Shown here: positions 26,686 through 35,186 of the stretch, piece after piece | Numbering within the stretch: position 1 is the first letter of the stretch | How the letters are laid out: every line of letters starts with the position of its first letter | Assembly: GCA_018302105.1 (NCBI GenBank) | Contig: JAGWAD010000038.1 | Coordinates: forward strand, 1 to 60,452 | DNA length: 60,452 bases | Direction: 5' to 3' | Source: Candidatus Woesearchaeota archaeon | Lineage (GTDB): Archaea; Nanobdellota; Nanobdellia; SCGC-AAA011-G17; GW2011-AR18 | Notes under the pieces: generated by a model | What the model was told of the DNA's origin: nothing | Databases searched by the model: none | The model's input: the letters and a program-made list of their open reading frames with translations, nothing else | Made by a program: the position numbers and the translations under genes

Positions 26686-28091
26686 AAGCAATAGACTTTA
26701 TAAAAAAAGTGCAAAATAAAGAAATAGATATAATAGAACATACACATAAAGTTTTAGAAGAATGTAAAAAAATAAACAAAGAATATAATTACTTAAATAC
26801 AGTATCAGAAGATTTGGCAATAAAACAAGCAGAAACAGTTAAAAAAAATCCGAATGGTCGTTTATCTGGACTTCCAATTTCAATTAAAGATAGTATTTGT
26901 GTAAAAGATGTTGAATCTACTGCTGGTTCAAAGATATTAAAGGATTACAAACCATTATTCAATGCTACTGCAGTTCAAAAGGCAATAGATGAAGGAGCAA
27001 TAATAATTGGAAAAACTGCCCAGGATGAATTTGGTTTTGGTGGATTTTCTACAAACGTCGGTTTAGGCTTCAAAATACCTTTAAATCCATTTGACAAAGA
27101 AAGATCAACAGGAGGTTCTTCTGGAGGAGGAGCAGGTTTAACACAAAAAGCTTCATTTCCACATCTATCATTTGGAGAATCAACAGGAGGTTCAATTGTA
27201 AATCCTGCATCTTTTTGTGGAGTATTTGGTTTATGTCCGACATATGGGAGAATTTCACGTTACGGTTTAATAGATTATGGAAACTCATTAGATAAAATAG
27301 GTCCAATGTCTAAAAATGTTTATGACTCAGCACTTTTACTTAGTGTTATATCAGGTCACGATATTAAAGATAGCACAAGTTTAAATCAAAAAACAGAAGA
27401 TTATACTCAATATTTAAAAAAAGATATTAAAAATTTAAAAATTGGAATAATAAAAGAAGCTTTTGGAGAAGGAGTAGATAAGAAAGTAAACAAAAAAATT
27501 CAGGAAGCAATTAATAAGTTAGAAAAATTTGGAGCAAAAACAGAAGAAATTTCTCTTAAGATTCCAATAAAATATGGTATACCAACTTATTATTTAACTG
27601 CAACAGCAGAAGCATCTTCAAATCTGGCAAAATTCTGTGGAATGAGATATGGTGCATATGAAGAATTAAAAGGAAACTTTGATGAATATTTTACTAATGT
27701 AAGATCTAATAATTTTGGCAAAGAAGCAAAAAGAAGAATAATGCTTGGGACTTTTGCAAGAATGTCTGGATTTAGAGATGCATATTATATAAAAGCGGCA
27801 AAAGTAAGAACTTTGATCATAGAAGAATATAAAAAAGTTTTCAAAAAAGTTGACACATTATTATCTCCAACAGTGCCAATATTACCAATAAAATTTAATG
27901 ATATTTCTAAATTATCAATTATGGAAAATTATATGATAGATATTATGACAGTTGGCCCTAATTTAGCAGGCTTGCCACACATAAATATCCCTGTTGGATT
28001 TGAAAATAGTTTACCAATAGGAATGATGCTTGTATCAGATCATTTAAAAGAAGGAGTTTTATTACAGGTAGCAAAAGAATTTGATAATTAA
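26682..28091 (+). CDS. gatA: Asp/Glu-tRNA amidotransferase subunit A (amidase signature family)
   Basis: Amidase signature ..GGSSGGGAG.. and ..PISIKDSICVKDVESTAGSKIL..; 469 aa. Confidence 0.92.
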   Translation: MKAIDFIKKVQNKEIDIIEHTHKVLEECKKINKEYNYLNTVSEDLAIKQAETVKKNPNGRLSGLPISIKDSICVKDVESTAGSKILKDYKPLFNATAVQKAIDEGAIIIGKTAQDEFGFGGFSTNVGLGFKIPLNPFDKERSTGGSSGGGAGLTQKASFPHLSFGESTGGSIVNPASFCGVFGLCPTYGRISRYGLIDYGNSLDKIGPMSKNVYDSALLLSVISGHDIKDSTSLNQKTEDYTQYLKKDIKNLKIGIIKEAFGEGVDKKVNKKIQEAINKLEKFGAKTEEISLKIPIKYGIPTYYLTATAEASSNLAKFCGMRYGAYEELKGNFDEYFTNVRSNNFGKEAKRRIMLGTFARMSGFRDAYYIKAAKVRTLIIEEYKKVFKKVDTLLSPTVPILPIKFNDISKLSIMENYMIDIMTVGPNLAGLPHINIPVGFENSLPIGMMLVSDHLKEGVLLQVAKEFDN

Positions 28092-28158
28092 TCATAAGCA
28101 TATATCTTATTCATTCTATATTTTATAATTATTTAAAATTAAAACAATTAATAATTCT

Positions 28159-28386
28159 ATGAGAAAGGAAGTATTAAATCAGATGTTTATATTCATAATT
28201 GGCGCATTTAGTTTAGTAGCCGCTCTTGCCTGGAATTCCACAATAGAGTCAATATTTAAACAAATTTTTGGAACCCCAGATAAAATAAGTGCTAAATTAA
28301 TATACTCAATTTTTATAACAATTATAGTTGTCATAGTAATAACAACATTTTCAAAATTAAATAATAAGTATTTCAGTAAAGAATAA
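28159..28386 (+). CDS. small two-TM membrane protein (DUF5654-like, tentative)
   Basis: 75 aa; ..GAFSLVAALAWNSTIESIF.. plus a second TM. Confidence 0.5.
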   Translation: MRKEVLNQMFIFIIGAFSLVAALAWNSTIESIFKQIFGTPDKISAKLIYSIFITIIVVIVITTFSKLNNKYFSKE

Positions 28387-28429
28387 AAAATAACAATTCT
28401 TTTAAATAAAACAAATAATTTAATTTATT

Positions 28430-29182
28430 ATGGAATTTTCTAAAATTAGTAAATCATGGCTATTATTTTTAATAATATCAATATTATCGATATTATCTTT
28501 TGTATTTATTTCAATACCTACATTAATAACATTTTTAATATTATTCTTACCAATATTAATCTATATTTTATTGTATAAATGGATAAAATTAAAATTTGTT
28601 TCATCTGTATTTACATTTTCAGTATGGCTCAATATAATCCTGTTATTAATGCCTGTTACATTGGGTTTTCTCGCAATGGATATTATGGATTTTTCAGAAC
28701 AGTTGCAAGAGGAAGAAAAGTATATAATCATAGGAGAAGAAGCATTATTTGGAATAAAAATTAGCTCGTATAATTCAGATTATAACATAATAAAAAAAGA
28801 GGATTTATTGAAAATAGACAAAAATTCAAAAGATAAAATCACAATTGTTATACGAAAAGAAACATTCAGAAATGTAAAAAACATCAAAATAGGAGACAAT
28901 TTAGAAATCTCACAAGATGAAGTCTTTTCAATATTATCAAATAATCAGATAAGTAGCATAATAAGCAATTTATTAACTTCAAAAGAAGATAAAGAAGATG
29001 CACAAACAAAAATATTTTTTCTATTAATAGGAGAAACTTTAGAAAATACTAATCCAGAATTTTTAGCTGAAGAAATTAAAAATGGAAATATAAAGATTTA
29101 CCCGGAAAGATTCTCTATAAATTTTTTAATAAAAGTAATGCCTGAAGAAATTATTGCAAAAATAATAGAAAATTTAATTTAA
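28430..29182 (+). CDS. membrane protein, hypothetical
   Basis: 250 aa with three N-terminal TM segments and a soluble C-terminal half. Confidence 0.55.
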   Translation: MEFSKISKSWLLFLIISILSILSFVFISIPTLITFLILFLPILIYILLYKWIKLKFVSSVFTFSVWLNIILLLMPVTLGFLAMDIMDFSEQLQEEEKYIIIGEEALFGIKISSYNSDYNIIKKEDLLKIDKNSKDKITIVIRKETFRNVKNIKIGDNLEISQDEVFSILSNNQISSIISNLLTSKEDKEDAQTKIFFLLIGETLENTNPEFLAEEIKNGNIKIYPERFSINFLIKVMPEEIIAKIIENLI

Positions 29183-29199
29183 AAAAAATAATTAGGGAA

Positions 29200-29418
29200 T
29201 TATTCTCCCTCATCAACTCCGCTTTCATCTCCATCATCAACTTCAGTTTCATCTTCCTCTTCTTCATCTTCATCAACGTCAAGGTCTTCATCTTCCTCTT
29301 CATCTTCCTCTTCGCCTTCATTCTCAAGCCATGATTTAGGTTTAGCAAATAATGAAAAATCTTCTTGAACTCCACCTAAAACACTTATATCTTTTAAATA
29401 TTCATTTATTGCAATCAC
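29200..29418 (-). CDS. small protein with extremely acidic C-terminal tail
   Basis: GTG start preceded by GGAGGT (reverse complement of 29424-29429). 72 aa; the last about 40 residues are almost all D/E. Confidence 0.55.
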   Translation of the reverse strand: MIAINEYLKDISVLGGVQEDFSLFAKPKSWLENEGEEEDEEEDEDLDVDEDEEEEDETEVDDGDESGVDEGE

Positions 29419-29492
29419 TTTTTACCTCCAAATGAGTTAATATCAAAAATTTGCCCCTCAGTAGTTTATATATTTTTCGGTAACCCAATTTA

Positions 29493-30272
29493 TCAAATTT
29501 TTTTATTAATCCTCTCCAAAATTTGTTGTGCACAATTTAATTCTGGGGATATGACAAATATAGCACCTGCTTTTTTAAGCATTTTATTATATTCCTCACT
29601 ATCGCTTCTGGCATAAATCAAAAGATCTGGATTCATCTCTTTTGCAGTTAAAGTTAAAAGGACATTTCTTTCAGTCTCTCCAAAAACAACAATTAAAGAT
29701 TTAGCTTTTTTAATTCCTGCTTCTTCCAATATCTCTTCATGCATTGCATCTGCTTCTATTACACTATAGCCTTTATTTTCTAAATGATTTATAATACCAT
29801 GGTTCTTATCTATAATTACAAATTTTTCTTTTAATCTTTTTAAGCCATCTGCAATGGATTCACCAACTCTTCCGCCTCCACAGATTATTATATGATTATT
29901 TAATTTTTTTAAAGTATCCATATGTTTTGCCTCCTTAAAATATCTTTTAAACTTTCCCTCAACTACAAAACCAACTAATTCAGCTAAGGCTGTTGAAAAA
30001 GTAACTAAACCAATAATAATTAATAAAGTTTGGACAACAAATGCAGGACCTTGTTGCCTGTCACTTAAAAAAGAAACACTCTCAATTGTAAGTACAAATG
30101 CATCTGTTAACGAAACATTTTTAGTAACTGCATACCCAATAGTGCCCAATATAAATGGTATGACCAATAACGCAGTAATCTTATAGAACATTACTTTAAG
30201 CTCTTTTTCATACCTTGCAAGATTAGATCTCATGAAAAATTTAATTTTAAAGGATTTAATAAGTTTAGTCAA
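29493..30272 (-). CDS. ion-channel-like membrane protein with RCK/TrkA-N domain
   Basis: Two TM segments plus a pore-like segment (..LTIESVSFLS.., no TVGYG), followed by the Rossmann motif IIICGGGRVGESIADGL. TTG start; alternative ATG at 30233. Confidence 0.7.
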   Translation of the reverse strand: MTKLIKSFKIKFFMRSNLARYEKELKVMFYKITALLVIPFILGTIGYAVTKNVSLTDAFVLTIESVSFLSDRQQGPAFVVQTLLIIIGLVTFSTALAELVGFVVEGKFKRYFKEAKHMDTLKKLNNHIIICGGGRVGESIADGLKRLKEKFVIIDKNHGIINHLENKGYSVIEADAMHEEILEEAGIKKAKSLIVVFGETERNVLLTLTAKEMNPDLLIYARSDSEEYNKMLKKAGAIFVISPELNCAQQILERINKKI

Positions 30273-30358
30273 TTTTGTTCAGTAGTAACAATGCTGGAAA
30301 GATTATAGAAAAATATTTAAATTAACAATCTAAAACAGAAATAAGTGAGGCCAGATAA

Positions 30359-30832
30359 ATGAATAAAAAATATCTCATAATTATATCTATGTTTCTAATT
30401 AGTGTACTTTTAGTATCTTGTGGAAATAAACAAGAACCTATTAAAAATAATAATGAAATACAAAAAAACACACAAGATAAAGAAACAGAAGAAAATGTAA
30501 GCCCTGTAACAAGTACAGAAGAAACAAAGATATACAACTGGTGCAACCCTGGTTCTAATGATTATGGAGAAATAAAATTTGAAATAATTGGGATAATAGA
30601 AAATTATCAAATAGAAGGAAAGACATATACTGTATGCGAAGAGAAAGTTTCAAATAAAGAAGGCGTATTGACCAGCCACAAATGGTATACTGAAAATAGG
30701 AAAATATTGAAAGAAATAATGCTTGATGTTGATAATAAATATGCTACAATAACAAATTGGATAAATGACAATAATCAAAAATGTAAACGTATCCAAAAGG
30801 AAGGAGTAGAAGAATTCCTGCAATGCAGATAA
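30359..30832 (+). CDS. putative lipoprotein
   Basis: Signal peptide with a lipobox-like LLVSCGN; 157 aa. Confidence 0.55.
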   Translation: MNKKYLIIISMFLISVLLVSCGNKQEPIKNNNEIQKNTQDKETEENVSPVTSTEETKIYNWCNPGSNDYGEIKFEIIGIIENYQIEGKTYTVCEEKVSNKEGVLTSHKWYTENRKILKEIMLDVDNKYATITNWINDNNQKCKRIQKEGVEEFLQCR

Positions 30833-31438
30833 TCATTTATGTATTTGTTTAAAAAATTCCATATTTTGCAACTCTTCCAGCCATTTTTTAAGTGATTTAT
30901 ATTTAGATAAATCAATTTTGGAACTTTCTGCATATTCTAGAATAGAAAGTAAGTTTATATCAGCCAAAGTCAATTCATCAGATGCAAGATACCTGTTCTT
31001 TTCTAATTGGCTGTTTAATATCGGCAAGAACCTATCTAAAGCCTTTAAACCTTCATTTATTGCATTTTCACTTATTTCAACATTCATAGATTTGGCCAAA
31101 AGCCTGTAGAAAGCAATATCTGAGGTTGCATTATCTAAATGTATAGAGGCAATATCAATCCATTGGTCTATTATGGCTCTTTCTTGTAAATTTGCAGGAT
31201 AAAGTTCACTTTCCACTTTATTGCATAGGTATTTGGATATTGCATTGCTTTCAAAAAGAATAAAACCTTCATCATCAATAACCGGAATTTTTCCTGCAGG
31301 ATGCAGTTTTAAATAATCTCGGCTTTTCAAGTCTTTAAAATCCATCTTCTTATATTCATAATCCAAACCAAGCAGTTTCAGCACATATTCTACCTTATTT
31401 GTATGGTTTGAAATTTTATTTCTGTATAAGATTAACAT
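30833..31438 (-). CDS. glutathione S-transferase family protein
   Basis: N-terminal thioredoxin-like GST motif ..HPAGKIPVIDDEGFILFESNAISKYL.. and a C-terminal helical domain; 201 aa. Confidence 0.85.
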   Translation of the reverse strand: MLILYRNKISNHTNKVEYVLKLLGLDYEYKKMDFKDLKSRDYLKLHPAGKIPVIDDEGFILFESNAISKYLCNKVESELYPANLQERAIIDQWIDIASIHLDNATSDIAFYRLLAKSMNVEISENAINEGLKALDRFLPILNSQLEKNRYLASDELTLADINLLSILEYAESSKIDLSKYKSLKKWLEELQNMEFFKQIHK

Positions 31439-31526
31439 AAAAGAAATATGCCTAAAATTACTTAAAAGCTTAACTTATATAGAGTATAGTAAGTTTTAGT
31501 AATTGTCAGCAAAAATCTAATTATTT

Positions 31527-31628
31527 CTAAAATAGGTCTTTATTTGTAGGCAGTTCACCATATCTTTGCCAATATTCAATTCTCTTCATTTTCATAAGCA
31601 ATTGTTTCTGTCTTTCTTCTTTTCTCAT
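31527..31628 (-). CDS. possible 33-aa basic mini-protein (not in ORF track)
   Basis: ATG preceded by TATGGGGGCGGAAA; MRKEERQKQLLMKMKRIEYWQRYGELPTNKDLF*. Support comes from sequence only. Confidence 0.25.
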   Translation of the reverse strand: MRKEERQKQLLMKMKRIEYWQRYGELPTNKDLF

Positions 31629-31901
31629 TTTCCGCCCCCATATATTTTTAAGATATAATAAACCACATAAATTCTTAGGTTAAAAGTGGTTTAATGTCCA
31701 GTCAACAACAACTTTCAAAAAATCTAATTATCTTGTTGGTTGACTATAATTAAAAAGAAGAGATAATAACCAGAGAACTATTTAAAAATTGTTTATTTCT
31801 TTTTTAATCATTATTTATACTCTATATAATATATTAAAGTAAATATTTTTGGTAAATTTTAAAATAGGAAAACTTTTATAGCTTAGAAAAAAGAAGATTA
31901 T

Positions 31902-32783
31902 ATGAAAAAATTAAATTTATTCCTAATTACAATAGCAATAATCATTTTACTTGGAATTATCTTTTTAATTTCAAGCATTAGTTTATACAATCCTCCTGCT
32001 GAAGTTAAGAATTTAGAGTATGAAGAAAAAATTCCTGAAAATTTCACATTTTTAAAAGAAGCAATAGGACAAGATTTGCCTAAAGAATTATCCACAATAT
32101 TAGAAAATGAAAAAATTAATTTTTATATGCCCTCTGACAATGAAAAAGGTTCAGTATTTAGCATAGTCACAGAAGAGAATAAAGTAAAAAATATAGATGA
32201 AAGAAAAAATGAAAATCCATCAATTGAAGTTTATGCTTCAGAAGAAATAATAAATGAAATGATTAATTCTGAAAATATAGCAGAAGATTTTCAAAATGCA
32301 TTAAACACAAAAAAAATATCAATTAGTGGAATAGGTTTAAAAAATAAAATAAAGTTTTCATCTATATTTATGTTAGGCAGGCTATTGAAATTAACTGATT
32401 TGCTGCCAAAAGGAAATATTCCTGTTCAAATAGGAGGAAACAGAAATATAATTGAAGTTCCAAGAGACAATATACCAGAAGAACCTCAGACCTGGGCAGG
32501 GATAAGAGAAAGTGGAAATGTATTGAAGTCTGGAGAAAAAAGATATCAAACTCCAGCACTTTCTTCAGGAAGTTATATTTTCACATTGTCAGGAAGTGGA
32601 GATTCAGACTTATATATAAGAAAGTTAAGCCCTCCAACTTTAAGTGAATATGATTGCCGCCCAAATTTGCCAACCAGTAATGAAGAATGTATCATAGATT
32701 TAGAAAATTCTGGAATAATTCATATAATGATTAAAGGTTATGATACAAATTCTGATTACGTGCTTGTTGGAAGACCAATATAA
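31902..32783 (+). CDS. secreted protein with C-terminal pre-peptidase C-terminal (PPC)-like domain
   Basis: N-terminal TM/signal. C-terminus ..SSGSYIFTLSGSGDSDLYIRK..IHIMIKGYDTNSDYVLVG.. resembles PPC domains. Confidence 0.55.
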   Translation: MKKLNLFLITIAIIILLGIIFLISSISLYNPPAEVKNLEYEEKIPENFTFLKEAIGQDLPKELSTILENEKINFYMPSDNEKGSVFSIVTEENKVKNIDERKNENPSIEVYASEEIINEMINSENIAEDFQNALNTKKISISGIGLKNKIKFSSIFMLGRLLKLTDLLPKGNIPVQIGGNRNIIEVPRDNIPEEPQTWAGIRESGNVLKSGEKRYQTPALSSGSYIFTLSGSGDSDLYIRKLSPPTLSEYDCRPNLPTSNEECIIDLENSGIIHIMIKGYDTNSDYVLVGRPI

Positions 32784-33062
32784 TAGATACTAATTAAATT
32801 CCTATTTTTTTTATAATTTTCAAAATTAGGTAACTTAGTTGGAAAACTGGAATAATGTCGGTCTTAAAATCTTTTATCTAACTTAAATCACATTAAAGAC
32901 TTTAGTATCATCACTTGTTCAGTTTTTCTTTTTAGTTCTTCATACAGTTTTTGGCATTGCGTTAATTCTTCATAAATATTCTTGCTATGTGATTAAAAAT
33001 TATAAACAATATATAGAAAGGTATGTATATTAATTTAGTTCAAAGCAATATTGAGAAAAGAA

Positions 33063-33167
33063 TGCGCGAGCCGGGAAAATCATAAACTAAGCAATAAACT
33101 TAATCTAATTTGAACCCGGGTCTCAACGTTGGCAACGTCGAATACTAGGCCACTATACTACTCGCGC
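33063..33167 (-). tRNA. tRNA-Gly (anticodon GCC) with an about 32-nt intron in or after the T-loop
   Basis: Minus-strand fold: GCGCGAG-TA-GTAT-AGTGGCCTA-GTAT-T-CGACG-TTGCCAA-CGTTG-AGAC-CCGGG-TTCAAAT-[TAGATTAAGTTTATTGCTTAGTTTATGATTTT]-CCCGG-CTCGCGC-A. All four stems pair. CCA is not encoded. Confidence 0.85.
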
Positions 33168-33267
33168 AATTATAAAAAAGCACACAAACTTGATTATTTA
33201 AAGGTTTTTGTAATGAAATTTAAGAAAAATATTAAAACAGCTAATATTCAACAAGAATAATCAATAA

Positions 33268-33651
33268 CTATCCATAATACATATCATTATCTTCTTTTTT
33301 AGCATTTTTTTCTTTAGTCTCTATTTTCTTCTGTTCTTTCTTAATCATGTCCTCAGCTTTTTTTAATTCAGTTGGTTTTTTAATCTCTCCAAATTTATCT
33401 TCATAATCTTTTACTGCTTTATTTAAGACATCAGCAAAACTTTTGGCATGAAATGGAGTAAGAATAATAACATTATGGTTCATTGTAATAGCCCTCAAAT
33501 TTGATGCATCCTGTACATGTGTTGCACATCTAAAATCTAAAACAAATTCTAATGGCCCAAAATTTATTGTTGTTTCATTTGCATAAAATTGGTCATTATC
33601 TTTAATTCTAAGATTAACTTGTGTGATCTTTGCATCTTCATCTTTTGTCAT
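33268..33651 (-). CDS. DUF3467-like protein
   Basis: ..QFYANETTINFGPLEFVLDF.. resembles the DUF3467 core (from memory); K/E-rich C-terminus. Confidence 0.55.
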   Translation of the reverse strand: MTKDEDAKITQVNLRIKDNDQFYANETTINFGPLEFVLDFRCATHVQDASNLRAITMNHNVIILTPFHAKSFADVLNKAVKDYEDKFGEIKKPTELKKAEDMIKKEQKKIETKEKNAKKEDNDMYYG

Positions 33652-33971
33652 TAAGTTCTAACATAATCTAAAGTATAAAAAGCTTTAGTAAATTTTATTC
33701 AGGCCTTAAAAAATCTATATCTAACATTAATAATTATTGTTCAGGACAATTAAAGGAAACTATCCTTGAGATTACTATACCAAAACTTTATAATGTTGTT
33801 GCAGAGCATATTGGTCCTATTGCTACTGAATTAAAGGATAGTACTAGAATTTAATTATATCACTATGATTATACTTTTTTACTTTATCTGAAGTAATATG
33901 TGTAACACCATCATTTCCTATTACATGTATTCCATATTTATCTAGTAAAAGACCAGAACCTTCAGGTATTG

Positions 33972-34514
33972 CTATAATATTTCTTTTATTTTTTTTACAT
34001 AATTAATATGTTCATTCAACTGATTCTCTTCAAAATGGCATTGTAGATCATTATTAAAAATTAAATCTAAGCCATTAAGATCTTTGAGGTTGACTTCATT
34101 ATTATCAGGAAATTTGCATAATCTTGATGTTGATATATTTTTACCTAAGATAATAGCTCCAGCAGAGCCTCCATATACTATACCCCCATTTTTATTGAAT
34201 GATATTAATTTTTTATCAAAACCAGAAGATCTGAATAATTTAAGAAGCTTAAAAGAATTCCCGCCGCCAATGTATATTGCTGAAAACTTATTTAAATCGA
34301 TCTTTTTATTCAAATCAGTAAGCATGGTAATATTTGAGAATTTATGTTGGGCCATACATTTTTTGAACCATTTTAAACAGTTTTTATATTCATTATCAGA
34401 AGTCCAAGCCAGAGGAATATAAAGTATATTTTTTACTGAATGAGTAAATAATTCATCTATAAAAAAAGATTTCTTTTCATCACCACCACCAGATAAGAAT
34501 ATTTTGCCTTGCAT
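33972..34514 (-). CDS. peptidase S51 (dipeptidase E / cyanophycinase-like) family protein
   Basis: ..IFLSGGGD.., ..IYIGGGNSFKLLK.., ..GIVYGGSAGAIILG.. (S51 nucleophile region). Confidence 0.72.
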   Translation of the reverse strand: MQGKIFLSGGGDEKKSFFIDELFTHSVKNILYIPLAWTSDNEYKNCLKWFKKCMAQHKFSNITMLTDLNKKIDLNKFSAIYIGGGNSFKLLKLFRSSGFDKKLISFNKNGGIVYGGSAGAIILGKNISTSRLCKFPDNNEVNLKDLNGLDLIFNNDLQCHFEENQLNEHINYVKKIKEIL

Positions 34515-34611
34515 AATCTTAATATATTTTAAGGATATATAAAACTAATTACGACATAAGACACCACCATTAAATAATAAAATTTATATAAAGCACAAAT
34601 TTTATGAAAAT

Positions 34612-34857
34612 ATGGTATCAACCACACAAATTGAAGCAGAAAGATTTTTAGAGAAAAGAAAGTGGATTAAAACAAAAACTGATGATAATATCTCAATCTA
34701 TAAAAGAAAAGATATTGAATATAAAAGAGGTGATTTTCTAAATGGTAAAAAAAGATTAGTTAAAATAACAGAATTAAGCAGAACTTTTAAAGAAGAATTA
34801 GATAAAACACCAGAAATAACTAGAGATTTTTTGAATAAAAAACTAAAATTATTTTAA
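34612..34857 (+). CDS. hypothetical protein
   Basis: 81-aa ORF, basic; no family recognised. Confidence 0.4.
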   Translation: MVSTTQIEAERFLEKRKWIKTKTDDNISIYKRKDIEYKRGDFLNGKKRLVKITELSRTFKEELDKTPEITRDFLNKKLKLF

Positions 34858-34951
34858 AATGATAGAAAATAATATAAACTTTCTAAAATTATTCATTCCT
34901 ATGAACAAAAAGGGGTAGGTTTTCTTGATTGCAGCTATTTTTTTAAATGAA

Positions 34952-35098
34952 TGGTGGGCCCACCCAGAATCGAACTGGGGACTTACACCTAACTTATAAC
35001 CAAATAACGATTTCGTCACCTAGCCTATTGTAAGGGTGTCGTCATTAGCAGAATATCCTAGAACTTTCTAAGATATTTAGCCGCTAGACCATGGGCCC
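34952..35098 (-). tRNA. tRNA-Val (anticodon UAC) with two introns (D-loop about 32 nt; canonical 37/38 about 38 nt), CCA encoded
   Basis: Minus-strand fold: GGGCCCA-TG-GTCT-AGCGGCTAA-[ATATCTTAGAAAGTTCTAGGATATTCTGCTAA]-TGAC-G-ACACC-CTTACA-[ATAGGCTAGGTGACGAAATCGTTATTTGGTTATAAGTT]-A-GGTGT-AAGTC-CCCAG-TTCGATT-CTGGG-TGGGCCC-A-CCA. Confidence 0.85.
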
Positions 35099-35186
35099 AT
35101 AAGAAAATTGCAACAAATAAGCTCTTAAAAATGTTTCCATTACCAAAATTAAAAAGAGTTTATTGTAAAGATAGTAATTATATCTC

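Noticed and set aside
27070-27306. 78-aa ORF antisense to gatA
   Set aside because: Shadow ORF inside a gene with a clear amidase signature.
29151-29375. 74-aa K/M/R-rich ORF on the - strand
   Set aside because: It is an alternative frame of the GAA/GAT-repeat region. The frame with the GTG start and GGAGGT SD (29200-29418) is the better model, and the two cannot both be real.
30322-30610. ORFs 30322-30546(-) and 30410-30610(-)
   Set aside because: They are antisense to the lipoprotein-like gene 30359-30832, which has a signal peptide and lipobox.
33690-33860. Open frame encoding ..GQLKETILEITIPKLYNVVAEHIGPIATELKDSTRI*
   Set aside because: There is no ATG/GTG/TTG anywhere in the frame after the preceding stop, and no recognisable family. 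At best it is a gene remnant.
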